NCBI GenBank assembly: GCA_040220235.1
Contig: JAVJTO010000082.1
Reading direction: 5' to 3' (one strand)
DNA from: Coleofasciculus sp. B1-GNL1-01
GTDB taxonomy: Bacteria; Cyanobacteriota; Cyanobacteriia; Cyanobacteriales; Coleofasciculaceae
Length of the DNA stretch: 64,000 bases
The notes beneath the pieces are model-generated. The model did no database searches. It was not told the origin of the DNA and saw only the letters and a list, made by a program, of their open reading frames with translations. Positions 38,556-49,219 of this stretch are shown piece by piece. Numbering within the stretch: the stretch's first letter is position 1; each line of letters begins with the position of its first letter. Position numbers and translations under genes: made by a program.

Positions 38556-40655
38556 CTAAGAAGACAGATAAGTATAACTACTTAGACTCTTCTGGTAGTT
38601 TTGCAGCAACCGTTGGGATTCTGCCAAGGTAATGCTATTGTCTCGTAGAGCTTGTTCGGTACGACGACGAATGCTTTCAACTAAGTCCTCAGCGTCGTAC
38701 TGAACATAACTCAATACTTCGGTTATGGTATCTCCCTTAACCAGATGCTCAATTTCATAGCCTCTGGGTGCGAGTCGAATATGGACAGTATTGGTGTTGC
38801 CAAACAGGTTGTGTAAATTGCCCATAATTTCTTGGTAAGCTCCGACTAAAAATAAGCCGAGGTAATAGGGTTCTCTGGTTTGAGGATGAGAGGTTTTCCC
38901 CGATTCCTCTAGAACAGTCGGTTGAGTTACTTTATCTGTAAACTCCCCGCCGCTACCCTGGTTTTCCTGTACTCTCGCTTTCCTTAACGGATGCAGTTCC
39001 AGCACAGATTTAACATCCCGCAGATCGATAAACTGGTTAATTTTGCCGTCACTGTCACAGGTCAAATCGGCTAAGATACCCCGACGGGTGGGTTCCTCAT
39101 TCAGCCGATGGATAGGCATAATTGGAAAGAGTTGGTTCATCGCCCAGGAATCAGGAACGGATTGAAAGACCGATAGGTTGGCGTAATAAATCGACGCCAT
39201 TGTTTTTTCTAAGTCTTCGAGATCACTAGGTACATAGTCCTGAGTTCTAACAATATTGAGAATTTTCTCACAGCACGCCCAGTACAATTGTTCGGCTCTA
39301 GCCCGTTGAGTCAGGCTGAGATAACCGAGATTGAAGAGGCTTTTGGCTTCTTCATTAAATTGAATAGCATCGTGGTAAGCTTCTTGGTAGTTTTCGATAG
39401 CGATATTTCCGTAAGTTTCCCAAAGGTTACGGATAATCAGATGTTCGTTCTGGTGAGCAGGTGCAGGTTCTTTGGAGAGAACATCGCTGGTATTGAGGAC
39501 ATCAAAGATGAGTACGGATTGATGAGAGGCGATCGCACGACCACTTTCACTAATTAACACCGGGGCGGGAATCTGGCGGGCTTCACAGGCTTCCTTCACC
39601 TCGGCAACGATATCGTTGGCATAATTCTGCATGTTGTAGTTTTTCGAGGCGTGGAAGTTGGTTTTGGAGCCATCGTAGTCAATGGCTAAGCCACCTCCCA
39701 CATCCAGATAGTTCATATTAGCGCCCAAGGCACGCAACTCGACATAGATTTGACTGGCTTCTCGAATCGCATCTTTAATCACGCTAATCGCAGAGGTTTG
39801 AGAGCCAATGTGAAAGTGCAATAACTGCAAGGCGTTGAGCAATCCAGCATCCCGGAGTTGGTTGACACCCGAAAGGATCTCCGGAAGCGTCAGACCAAAC
39901 TTAGCGCGATCGCCTGTGGATTCTCCCCAACGCCCAATCCCTTTTGTACTCAGTTTGGCTCGTACACCGACTATCGGCTCAATGCCTAGTTTTGCCGAAA
40001 TGTCAATAATAAGCTGGACTTCTTCGAGTTGCTCAATCACAATAATCGGTTTTTGTCCTAACCGCATCGATAGCAGTGCCGTTTCGATATATTCTCGGTC
40101 TTTGTGACCATTGCAGATAAGGAGAGCGCCATCCGTTTTCAAGGTGGCTAGTGCAATCATCAGTTCCGGTTTAGAACCCGCTTCCAAGCCAAACTGATAG
40201 GGGTGTCCAACCTGTACCAACTCTTCGACCAGATGTCGGTGCTGATTGCACTTGACCGGATACACCCCCTGGTAACGACCGGGGTAATTATAACGAGCGA
40301 TCGCCTTGGCAAAACAGGCATTTAAGCGCTCAATGCGATCGGCAAGGATATCGGAAAAGCGAATTAATAACGGGAGTTCCAGATTACGTCCTTTGAGCGC
40401 TTCGACTAATTCAAACAAATCCAGGGAACCGCCGCGATCGCCTTTGGGGGAAACCGTTACATGACCGACGGCGTTAATCGAAAAGTAGGGTTCTCCCCAT
40501 CCCTGAATTCGATAAAGTTTCTCACTCTCCTCAATCGTCCAAGTGGGGCGTGATGATCTGCCCTGAGGTAGGCGAGTGTGAGCTGGAATATCCGGGTGAT
40601 GCGGTTGCTGCTTTTGCTCGCGAATGCTAATTGTAGATGTTAGCTCTCCTGTCAT
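38556..40655 (-). CDS. speA: Biosynthetic arginine decarboxylase
   Basis: YPVKCNQ (PLP Lys), GLEAGSKPEL, HFHIGSQ, DVGGGL.IDYDG, ESGRA, DLTCDSDG, GAYQEIMG..HNLFG. Confidence 0.97.
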   Translation of the reverse strand: MTGELTSTISIREQKQQPHHPDIPAHTRLPQGRSSRPTWTIEESEKLYRIQGWGEPYFSINAVGHVTVSPKGDRGGSLDLFELVEALKGRNLELPLLIRFSDILADRIERLNACFAKAIARYNYPGRYQGVYPVKCNQHRHLVEELVQVGHPYQFGLEAGSKPELMIALATLKTDGALLICNGHKDREYIETALLSMRLGQKPIIVIEQLEEVQLIIDISAKLGIEPIVGVRAKLSTKGIGRWGESTGDRAKFGLTLPEILSGVNQLRDAGLLNALQLLHFHIGSQTSAISVIKDAIREASQIYVELRALGANMNYLDVGGGLAIDYDGSKTNFHASKNYNMQNYANDIVAEVKEACEARQIPAPVLISESGRAIASHQSVLIFDVLNTSDVLSKEPAPAHQNEHLIIRNLWETYGNIAIENYQEAYHDAIQFNEEAKSLFNLGYLSLTQRARAEQLYWACCEKILNIVRTQDYVPSDLEDLEKTMASIYYANLSVFQSVPDSWAMNQLFPIMPIHRLNEEPTRRGILADLTCDSDGKINQFIDLRDVKSVLELHPLRKARVQENQGSGGEFTDKVTQPTVLEESGKTSHPQTREPYYLGLFLVGAYQEIMGNLHNLFGNTNTVHIRLAPRGYEIEHLVKGDTITEVLSYVQYDAEDLVESIRRRTEQALRDNSITLAESQRLLQNYQKSLSSYTYLSS

Positions 40656-40846
40656 ATCTGTTCGATCACCCTTAAAACTATGCCTTGCGATTGTTAATGC
40701 TAGCGCATCTCGGTAATGGCATTGAGAGGATTTTTGTCATGTTATCCAAGAAACCATGTTAAAATTCCTTCAGCAATAGTGGTTTCTCTACTCTCAAGGC
40801 GCAAAGCGTCGCGTTTTCAAGTTGATCCTGACTGTAAAGGGCGTCA

Positions 40847-41554
40847 ATGCTCAATTCATCTGACCATTCTTCCGAACAGCACAATTACCCACAGGTATTA
40901 CAGCAGCTCGTTAACAGGTATCCCTTTGTCTTTTGGGGAACAATCTGGGGCTTTCTCGTCTTGATTGGCACTGTGGCAGCAGTTGGTTTACTCAATCCTG
41001 GGCGGATTGAGTCAGATAAATCTGAGCCGAAACCTTTGGTCTCAACGATTTTGGAATCAACCGCAAGACAGACACCCTTATCGAACTCTCCGATAACTTC
41101 CTCGCCAGAAAACGCTTCACCAAAAGAAGGTTTACCCCTTACTTTATTTTTGGGTCTAGCCTTTGGTTGTGCTGCCGGTTCTTGGTTAGTCACGCAGGCG
41201 TTTAGGCAATCTACTCAACGTCGTCAAGTTATCAAACCGTCTAAACCAAGTCGGCGTAAAAAACGGCGACGCTCCGTAAATCACCGTCAAGTTTCCCAAC
41301 CCCCGCAATCGCTGGCTAAGACACAAGCCATCCAGACGCTGGACTCTTCCCAGACAGTTGCCTATGATCCGGAAGCTGAAGTAACCGTCGTACCTGATCA
41401 AGAAAAAAATCCATTGGATAAGAATGAGCAGAGTCTTGCCGAAATGCTGGACTTACGCAAACGCGAGTCTCTGGCGTCGATTATGCAGAGAAGTTTGTCT
41501 ACAGGGCGAGACATTTCTCTGAGTCGAACATCAAGTTATTTAAATAACAAATAA
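40847..41554 (+). CDS. Hypothetical membrane protein
   Basis: Two hydrophobic helices, a basic tract, and V.VVP.....PLD....SLAEMLDLRK. Confidence 0.7.
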   Translation: MLNSSDHSSEQHNYPQVLQQLVNRYPFVFWGTIWGFLVLIGTVAAVGLLNPGRIESDKSEPKPLVSTILESTARQTPLSNSPITSSPENASPKEGLPLTLFLGLAFGCAAGSWLVTQAFRQSTQRRQVIKPSKPSRRKKRRRSVNHRQVSQPPQSLAKTQAIQTLDSSQTVAYDPEAEVTVVPDQEKNPLDKNEQSLAEMLDLRKRESLASIMQRSLSTGRDISLSRTSSYLNNK

Positions 41555-41579
41555 ATTCTGGATTATCCATTAGAATTTT

Positions 41580-41617
41580 CTGTTCCCTGTTCCCTGTTCC
41601 CTGTTCCCTGTTCCCTG
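41580..41617. repeat. Heptamer repeat (ctgttcc)x5
   Basis: Read directly from the sequence. Confidence 0.8.
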
Positions 41618-41682
41618 AAAGGACGTGCTTCCCGAAGCGTGAGTACGACAAAGGACGAATAATAAATGACAAATGACACCCC

Positions 41683-42078
41683 TTATACGGGCGATGAGCT
41701 TAACTGCGCTAAACTCCAATCGGGTCGTAAGTTTTTGGCTTGGCGCAGATAAGGGTGATAAATCTCGGTTTGGCTCACTGGGGTATTAATGTGGATGAGG
41801 CATCGGATGCAGCGTTCCAGGCTTCCTTCGACATGCATTTGCTGGAGATCGAGTAATGCTACATTTTCCCAATGAGGACGTTCGCGAGCGATCGCGGCAG
41901 GAAAAATCGTATCCAAATCCCGTGTCGTTGTAAAGATTACACTGATCATTTCCTCGTGGTCGATCTGATTATGGGTTTCTATCTCATCTAAAAGTTCTGT
42001 TACAGCCTCTCGAATTGCTGCAACCGTATTTTCTGACACCGTTGTTGCCCCACGAATCGCTCGAACACGCCACTCCAC
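41683..42078 (-). CDS. aroH: Chorismate mutase, AroH class
   Basis: VRAIRGATT, FTTT.DLD..FPA..AR, V.GSL.RCIR, YL..AK.LRPD; GTG start at 42078 with a GGAGG RBS. Confidence 0.95.
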   Translation of the reverse strand: MEWRVRAIRGATTVSENTVAAIREAVTELLDEIETHNQIDHEEMISVIFTTTRDLDTIFPAAIARERPHWENVALLDLQQMHVEGSLERCIRCLIHINTPVSQTEIYHPYLRQAKNLRPDWSLAQLSSSPV

Positions 42079-42259
42079 TGTTGATATCCTCCTAAAAAGT
42101 TTTGAGTTTTGACCCTTCGCTTCGCTCAAGGGAATCTGGCTTGTAGGGGCGGGTTTAGGGATTTTCGCGCCAGCTATTGATGGTAACCTTTGTTCAAAAC
42201 CCGCCCTGACTAAGTTTTGAGCTTTGACTCTCCTGTTCCCCTGTTCCTGGAGCAAACCC

Positions 42260-43084
42260 CTAAGGTCGATAGAGCCAAAGCGGTTGACCACTGGTCGATA
42301 GTTCAAATTCTAACCAATTTATCCCTGCCGATAACCCCGAGTTCATTCGACCCGTATTGCCAGGAATCAAACGACTCAAGAGACGCTTAGGTTCCTCAAT
42401 CGTCTCACATTTTGTTTTCTCTGGGTCAAGACCCACCAGTTCGGCTGCCCAGCGACGGGCATCTTCCTCCGTTCCCAGGCGATCAACCACCCCTAAATCC
42501 AAGGCTTGCTGACCCGTAAAAATTCGACCATCAGCAAAGCTTCTCACCGTTTCCACCGCCAGGTTTCGTGCTTCAGCAACGGTTTGCACGAACTGCTGAT
42601 AACTCGTATCAATCATCTCTTGCAGAATCGTCTTTTCCGGCTCAGTGAGTTCGCGGTCAAACCCCAGAATATCTTTGTAGGGACCCGATTTAACAACTTT
42701 GAAGGACACTCCAACCTTATCCAAGAGGCGTTCTAGATTATTACCGCGCAGGATAACGCCAATGCTTCCTGTAATCGTACCGGGGTTGGTCACAATATGT
42801 TCAGCTCCCATACCCACGTAAACTCCCCCAGAGGCGGAGATATTCCCAAAACTGGCAATAATTTTTACCTTCTCCCGCAGGCGCATCAAGGCGCTGTAGA
42901 TTTCCTGAGAGTCACCAACGGTGCCGCCAGGACTGTCAATTCGCAACAGTAAGGCAGGAAATTTCTTTTCTTCCACGGTTTTGAGCGCGTCTAGTACCCG
43001 TTGGCGAGTATTACCAGCAATCAAACCCGTGATTTCGATGCGAGCAATTTGTTTACGCGATTTAGGCTTAAAGGGCCAGGGCAT
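42260..43084 (-). CDS. sppA: Signal peptide peptidase SppA (short form)
   Basis: LRIDSPGG, SASGGVY, TITGSIGV, KSGPYKD, ADGRIFTG.QA..LG.VD.LG. Confidence 0.95.
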   Translation of the reverse strand: MPWPFKPKSRKQIARIEITGLIAGNTRQRVLDALKTVEEKKFPALLLRIDSPGGTVGDSQEIYSALMRLREKVKIIASFGNISASGGVYVGMGAEHIVTNPGTITGSIGVILRGNNLERLLDKVGVSFKVVKSGPYKDILGFDRELTEPEKTILQEMIDTSYQQFVQTVAEARNLAVETVRSFADGRIFTGQQALDLGVVDRLGTEEDARRWAAELVGLDPEKTKCETIEEPKRLLSRLIPGNTGRMNSGLSAGINWLEFELSTSGQPLWLYRP

Positions 43085-43352
43085 ATCGTTTCAAAAATGA
43101 GGGATGTAGACACGAAGCGGTGTCCCGCCACGTTAAATACGTTAGCCAGCGTGAGAACCGCTATATTACTTTACCAGTTTGCACTATGTGAGCTACTTAC
43201 ATCAAATCGAAGATTTGACGAGAGGCTTCCTATCCAACAGAACTTTTTGGATCGTATGCTTAACATAAAGTAAAAATTTAGTACAATCTATGTAAAGAAT
43301 CGTAAAAAAATAGATAGGGTTGATCCCCAGCGTTGATAATAAACACGATCTC

Positions 43353-44453
43353 ATGCAGCTCAAACTAACCAACCAATCCCCTTTTGCCCCCTTACTCTTG
43401 ATTGCACCGTTTTTCCTGTGGGGGACGGCGATGGTCGCGATGAAAGGCGTTATTCCTCATACAACTCCTCTATTTATGGCGGGAGTGCGCTTAGTTCCTG
43501 CGGGAGTGCTTATTCTAATTGCAGCGTCGATGATGGGGCGTCCTCAGCCTAAAGGGTGGGTAGCTTGGTTATGGATTAGCCTGTTTGCGCTAATAGACGG
43601 TGCTTTATTTCAAGGATTTCTAGCCGAGGGCTTAGTGCGAACCGGGGCTGGCTTGGGTTCGGTGATGATTGATTCTCAGCCTTTAGCTGTCGCCTTACTG
43701 TCAGGTTGGCTTTTTGGTGAAATTATTGGTCTGTGGGGTGGCATAGGACTGGCAATCGGTATTGTGGGCATTAGTTTGATTGGGTTGCCCGATGCCTGGA
43801 TTGTGAGCCTGCTCCATGGCAATGTGACAACTGTGGAATTGAGTTGGCAGCATCTGTTTCAAAATGGGGAATGGCTGATGTTACTGGCGTCTCTGTCGAT
43901 GGCTGTGGGAACGGTACTGATTGGCTTTATCTGTCGATATGCCGATCCGGTTGTGGCGACAGGTTGGCATCTGATTTTAGGCGGATTACCCTTGTTTGCG
44001 CTGTCGGGTATATGGGAATCTCAACAGTGGGTGAACATTGACTTAAGTGGTTGGATGGCACTGGCTTACTCAACAATATTTGGTAGTGCGATCGCCTATG
44101 GGTTATTCTTCTACTTTGCCTCTAAGGGGAATCTCACCAGTCTCAGTGCATTGACGTTTCTGACTCCTGTGTTTGCTCTGCTATTTGGCAATCTGTTTTT
44201 AGGGGAAGTCTTGAGTTCCTTGCAATGGGTAGGCGTCAGTTTGACGTTAGTGAGTATCTATTTGATTAATCAGCGTCAGGAAATTGCTCAGGGATTAACA
44301 TCATTCCGCCAAGCCTGGACGAGTGTCAATCAAACCGTTACCGCCGAACCCTTAACGACGAGCGATCGCATTATCCGCAGCTTGAAGGCGATGGGGTTAA
44401 TTGCTTTACCGATCAAACTCCAGGATTCTGAAGTAGAAGGATTACCCCGCTAA
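43353..44453 (+). CDS. EamA/DMT-family transporter
   Basis: FFLWGTAMVAMK, SQPLAVALL..WLFGE, FLTPVFALLFG.LFLGE. Confidence 0.9.
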   Translation: MQLKLTNQSPFAPLLLIAPFFLWGTAMVAMKGVIPHTTPLFMAGVRLVPAGVLILIAASMMGRPQPKGWVAWLWISLFALIDGALFQGFLAEGLVRTGAGLGSVMIDSQPLAVALLSGWLFGEIIGLWGGIGLAIGIVGISLIGLPDAWIVSLLHGNVTTVELSWQHLFQNGEWLMLLASLSMAVGTVLIGFICRYADPVVATGWHLILGGLPLFALSGIWESQQWVNIDLSGWMALAYSTIFGSAIAYGLFFYFASKGNLTSLSALTFLTPVFALLFGNLFLGEVLSSLQWVGVSLTLVSIYLINQRQEIAQGLTSFRQAWTSVNQTVTAEPLTTSDRIIRSLKAMGLIALPIKLQDSEVEGLPR

Positions 44454-44471
44454 CCTATTTCAGCTTAAATA

Positions 44472-44519
44472 GCCATTCCTCTCCCATCAAAATCTTCGAT
44501 TTGACATGAGAGGAATGGC
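44472..44519. terminator. Stem-loop after the EamA gene
   Basis: gccattcctctc...gagaggaatggc, perfect 12-bp stem. Confidence 0.55.
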
Positions 44520-44622
44520 ATTTAATATGGGAGTACGTCACGAGTAAGGATTTGAGCTATCTTGGAGTGAGACTAAAATAGGCAAACTATCATGGCAAAC
44601 CCTTCAAGTTCCTAATTTCCCT

Positions 44623-45945
44623 ATGACTTGCCATCGCTCCCCCGTACTTCTAGCTGCCTACATGACCTGCCTGGGCGGGTTTATGGGCATTGGTTCTTTT
44701 GTGGGATTAAATCCTGCGATCGCCCATTCTTCGGTTAACCTATCCCCACCCCTACTCCTCGCCCAATCCCCTAGTCCCACAGGGATTGAAGAATTACCCC
44801 TGCAAGTGGGGAGTCGAGGCGAAACAGTGCAAGCCTTACAGACTCGGCTGAAAAAGCTAGGCTATTACGAAGGTGAACCTGATGGTGCCTATGGAGACAC
44901 TACCAGGCTTGCCGTTAGGGAATTTCAGGAATCAATTGATCTTGATGCTGATGGTGTTGTAGGTTTAACCACATGGACGAAGCTGCAATCAGCAGCGGCG
45001 GAAGTTCCTGAACCAGATAATTCTCCGGCGGAAGTAGAAAACGCTGAGGAGGACAACAAAAACGCGGAACAAGAAGCTCAATCCAACAACCAGCGCAAAA
45101 AACTCTTGTGGATACTCGCTGGTTTGTCTGGAACCATAATCATATTTGGTGCATTTGTATTCTTCTTACTCAAAGTAATAGACAATCCGAAAAAAAGACA
45201 AGCCTCTGCCGAAGCTGAGGAGTCTCCGCCCTCTTCCCCTTCAGAGGAACCGGAAACACCCATGGTAATGTCGAGTAGCAATGGGCTAGAATCATCATCC
45301 GTCGCATCGGTTGATACTCCATCTCCTGCTTCTGAAGCCGATAAAAATGGATACAATCCTTCAGGATTAAGCGTAACTAACTCCCACCTGACTGAATCGC
45401 CACCCCCTGTTGAATCCTCACCTAAAACCTCACTGACTAAACCAAAAAATCGGCTAGCGAAAAAAAATGGGGTCAATCAGTTAATTAAAGACTTACAAGA
45501 CTCTGATCCAGCCAAACGACGCAAAGCGATTTGGGAACTGGCACAACGGGGAGATTCTAGGGCGGTACAACCTTTAGTCAATCTGATGCTAGAGTCTGAT
45601 TCCCAGCAGCGCAGTTTAATTGTAGAAGCGCTATCCCAAATTGGCATGAAGACACTCAAACCGATGAATCGGGCGTTAGCGCTTTCCCTACAGGATGATA
45701 ATCCCCAGGTACGTAAAAACGCGATCCGGGATGTGACGTTGATGTATGAATTAGTGGCACAAATTAGTCAGTTATTATCCTATGCCTTAGATGATCCGGA
45801 GGCTGATGTTCAGGAAACAGCGCGTTGGGCATTGAGTCAGCTCGAACGAATCCGCACACCTGCCACAGTGAATAGTTTACCCCCTTCCCATAGTCCTCTC
45901 AGTTTTTCGGAAAATCAGCTACAAGAACCGCCCATGTTTGAATAG
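44623..45945 (+). CDS. Peptidoglycan-binding + TM + HEAT-repeat protein
   Basis: L..GSRGETV.ALQ.RL..LGYY...DG.YG..T..AV.EFQ...DG.VG..TW (PG_binding_1), one TM helix, HEAT repeats. Confidence 0.88.
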   Translation: MTCHRSPVLLAAYMTCLGGFMGIGSFVGLNPAIAHSSVNLSPPLLLAQSPSPTGIEELPLQVGSRGETVQALQTRLKKLGYYEGEPDGAYGDTTRLAVREFQESIDLDADGVVGLTTWTKLQSAAAEVPEPDNSPAEVENAEEDNKNAEQEAQSNNQRKKLLWILAGLSGTIIIFGAFVFFLLKVIDNPKKRQASAEAEESPPSSPSEEPETPMVMSSSNGLESSSVASVDTPSPASEADKNGYNPSGLSVTNSHLTESPPPVESSPKTSLTKPKNRLAKKNGVNQLIKDLQDSDPAKRRKAIWELAQRGDSRAVQPLVNLMLESDSQQRSLIVEALSQIGMKTLKPMNRALALSLQDDNPQVRKNAIRDVTLMYELVAQISQLLSYALDDPEADVQETARWALSQLERIRTPATVNSLPPSHSPLSFSENQLQEPPMFE

Positions 45946-46678
45946 GATTTTCGAGGAGCGATCGCGTTGGTATTAGAGCAAGAGGAGGCGATTGAAATCG
46001 CTGCTACACAAACAAAGTCCGCCGGCGCGGACTGGGTGATAACGGGGGGAGTTAACCCGAATTTAGTATAAGCAAGATGAATTAGAATTACGGAAAAGAA
46101 ACTGTAGGGGCGCATGGTGTGCGCCCGATTCAATGGTAAAATTTACTCCACAATTTTAGCTGTGCCACGCCAGTGGGTTGGGTTGAACGGAGTGAAACCC
46201 AACAGATTTTTATTGGGGTTCGTCTCTCGACCAAAATTTATAAGCAAGATCCCCGACAACTCCTACGAAGTCGGGGATCTGTCTGTGTACCTCACTTATT
46301 ACCAAAAGCGCTGTATGAAGCTTATGTGAAGTAACGTCCTCACCTGACGCGGAACTCTTTGATAAGTTTTTTTGATAGTTAAAACGTATTTATGGTGTTT
46401 TCAGGCGATAAGATTTTGACAATAATTACTTAATCACAATCAAGCTATTTTTAGATTAAGTGTTATTTAACTCGTTTTCCTTCTATCAAAGCTTTAGCGC
46501 ATTTATTAAGTTAATTTACATTGTAATAAATATTTACAACTATAAGTATTTACAAAGTTAACTTTTTAAAGTTTTCATGAAGACATTTCTTGGCTTGATC
46601 GTTTTGTCAGAATCAATAGTACGCTTACTGCTGAGGGAAACCGGATTATAAACGTTTTCAACAAGCTTTAAGGAAAAA

Positions 46679-48619
46679 ATGGCAACTTTTACCGTTACCA
46701 ACCTTTTTGACTCTGGCACAGGCAGCTTTCGTCAGGCAATCTTCGATGCGAATGCCCAAGTAGGTTTGGATGAGATTGTCTTTGATACAGGTGGTGTTCC
46801 GAGTACCATCACTCTCACCAGTGGAGCGCTTAATATTGCCGACTCGGTAAATATTCTCGGACCAGGTGCTAATCTGTTGACGGTTAGCGGGAATAACAAC
46901 TCTCGTATCTTTAACATTGATGATGGAGGCAGCGACATCCTTGATGTTCTTATCTCTGGTTTGACTCTGACCAATGGCAATGCTCAATCCGCTGATTTTA
47001 ACCCATTCCTAACTGTGGGTGGGGCTATCTATAATGCTGATGAAACTCTAAGCCTCGTGAATGCTGTGATTACTAACAACACCGCAAGAGGCATTGGTGG
47101 CAGCTTCTACGGTGGTGATAGTCAGGGCGGTGGCATCTTTAATCGTGCAGGTGATTTAACGATAACCAACAGCACGATTAGTGGCAACAAAGTATTCGGC
47201 GACGGTAACTCATACTATGGTGGCAATAGCACTGGTGGTGGTATTTTTAGTCAATCCGGCAACTTAACGATAACCAACAGCATCATCAGTGGCAACCGGG
47301 CAGAAGGTGGCGATGGCGAGTTCTACTTCTACTACAGTGGCATTGGTAGTGCTGGTGGAATCTTTAACCAATCCGGCGACCTAACAATCGTCAACAGCAT
47401 GATTAGTAGCAATGAAGCAAAAGGTGGTGATGGCGAATTCGGTCGATACAACGGTGGTGGCAGCAGAGGCGGCGGCATCTTAAACGGCTCTGGTGAGCTA
47501 ACAATAATTAACAGCACTATCAGCAGCAACCAAGCAGCAAGAGGTTCCTTTTCTCGCCGCTCCAGTAGCGGCGACAGTAGCGGCGGCGGTATTTTTAACA
47601 GCTCCGGCGAGCTAACAATAACTAACAGTACCATCAGTGGTAACAGCGCAGACAGCGCAGATGGTGTCGGTTCATATATACCCAATCCTGGCAACGGTAA
47701 TGGTGGGGGCATTTTTAACAGCTCCGGCAATCTGGACGTGAACAGTAGTACCATAAGCGGTAACACAGCAGCAGGCGGCTTTGACGACTATACTAGCGGC
47801 ACTGGCAACGGTGGCGGCATCTTTAATAGCTCTGGCAATGTGAGGCTGAACAGTAGTATTATCAGCAGCAATGGAGCATTCGGTGGCGTTGGCTTCGGAC
47901 GCGCTGGTACTGCTAATGGTGGTGGCATTGTAAATAGGGTTGGTGACCTGATAGTAACTAACAGTACTATCAGCGACAACAAAGTAGAAGGAGGTTTTAC
48001 TATCTTTAAAAACCCTACCAACGGTTACGGCGGCGGCATATCAGGTGAAGTAACCCTAATCAACAGCACCATCAGCGGCAACACAGTAGAAGGCGGCCGC
48101 AACGGCTACGGTGGTGGCATTTGGGGTAGCGGGACAGTGAGCAACAGCACTATCACCGATAACATAGCAAAAGGTGGCGGGGGTTACTACTCCAGTGGCA
48201 TCGGCATAGGTAGCGGCATCGTTAACACCGATACTATTACAATCACCAGTAGCATTGTTGCTGGTAACGCCAATGCTGATGATATTGCTGGTGGTTTCAC
48301 TTCTGGTGGTAACAACTTAATTGGCATTAATCCTCTGCTGAGTCCATTGCAAAATAATGGCGGTTTTACCGAAACTCACGCTCTCCTCCCTGGCAGTCCT
48401 GCGATTGATGCGGGCAGTAACCCACTCGGACTACTCACTGACCAACGTGGTTCTGGCTTTAACCGGACTTCGGGTAGTCAAACTGATATTGGCGCATTTG
48501 AGGTACAGCAACCGCCATCAACTTCTGTTCCTGAACCTTCGTCAATGCTGGGGTTAATTGGTCTAGTGGTTATTGGCACTGGTTCACTGCTGAGGCGGAA
48601 ACTGCAAAATAAATTGTGA
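46679..48619 (+). CDS. Beta-helix repeat (choice-of-anchor Q-like) PEP-CTERM protein, paralog 1
   Basis: GSFRQAI.DAN N-cap, GGGIFN.SG.LTITNSTISGN repeats, L..NGG.T.THALLPGSPAIDAG...DQRG...DIGAFE, then VPEPSS-TM-RRK. Confidence 0.9.
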   Translation: MATFTVTNLFDSGTGSFRQAIFDANAQVGLDEIVFDTGGVPSTITLTSGALNIADSVNILGPGANLLTVSGNNNSRIFNIDDGGSDILDVLISGLTLTNGNAQSADFNPFLTVGGAIYNADETLSLVNAVITNNTARGIGGSFYGGDSQGGGIFNRAGDLTITNSTISGNKVFGDGNSYYGGNSTGGGIFSQSGNLTITNSIISGNRAEGGDGEFYFYYSGIGSAGGIFNQSGDLTIVNSMISSNEAKGGDGEFGRYNGGGSRGGGILNGSGELTIINSTISSNQAARGSFSRRSSSGDSSGGGIFNSSGELTITNSTISGNSADSADGVGSYIPNPGNGNGGGIFNSSGNLDVNSSTISGNTAAGGFDDYTSGTGNGGGIFNSSGNVRLNSSIISSNGAFGGVGFGRAGTANGGGIVNRVGDLIVTNSTISDNKVEGGFTIFKNPTNGYGGGISGEVTLINSTISGNTVEGGRNGYGGGIWGSGTVSNSTITDNIAKGGGGYYSSGIGIGSGIVNTDTITITSSIVAGNANADDIAGGFTSGGNNLIGINPLLSPLQNNGGFTETHALLPGSPAIDAGSNPLGLLTDQRGSGFNRTSGSQTDIGAFEVQQPPSTSVPEPSSMLGLIGLVVIGTGSLLRRKLQNKL

Positions 48620-48644
48620 CACTTCTTCCCTTATTCAGGTTTTC

Positions 48645-49219
48645 TGTCTCAAAGCATTGTCAGGGGTTTGGTTCTGAGTTATCTGTGGGTCAGCCGGGAA
48701 ATAAATTTCCGGCTGATAGCTAAAGTCAGCTCAAGCTGACTAGACATTTTAACCCGTTTTAACCTGAAGTTCCCCCAGCCAAAAAATCAAAACTGCCTCA
48801 CCGTGAGGCTTTCCGCGATTTTTTAGCCGTTCTACATGGGTACAATCGCTGAAACCTTGATGTAGCGTGGGTTTCAACCGATCACTTGTCTATTGCAAAA
48901 ATAGCGCGATCGCGCTATTTTTGCAAGGGCTACATGGGTACGGTTTTTGAGGGGGTTGAGCGCTAAAACCACCACGGAATAAGGCTTTAGCCTGGGTGTA
49001 GTACATCCGCACGGGGGGAACTTCAGGTTAAACTTGAGTTCACGGCTTAGTGCTGTCTCAAAGAATTGTCACAGGTTTGGTTATGAGTTATCTATAGGTC
49101 AGCCGGGAAATAAATTTCCGGCTGATAGCTAAAGTCAGCTAAAGCTGACTAGACGTTTTAACCCGTTTTAACGGGACGCGAGCTTTGAGACGGAACTTGA
49201 GTTCACGGCTTAGTGCTGC
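48645..49219. repeat. ~165-bp tandem duplication of a multi-hairpin dispersed repeat (third related copy ~56112-56223)
   Basis: tgtctcaaag...cagccgggaaataaatttccggctgatagctaaagtcagctNaagctgactagac...aacttgagttcacggcttagtgctg occurs twice; the first copy is interrupted by a MITE. Confidence 0.85.
48760..49030. mobile_element. MITE, family unassigned
   Basis: Perfect 17-bp TIR taacctgaagttccccc / gggggaacttcaggtta; absent from the adjacent sister copy of the host repeat. Confidence 0.8.

Noticed and set aside
42079..42306. 75-aa N-terminal extension of AroH
   Set aside because: Overlaps sppA and a repeat; a GTG with a GGAGG RBS at 42078 gives a normal-length AroH.
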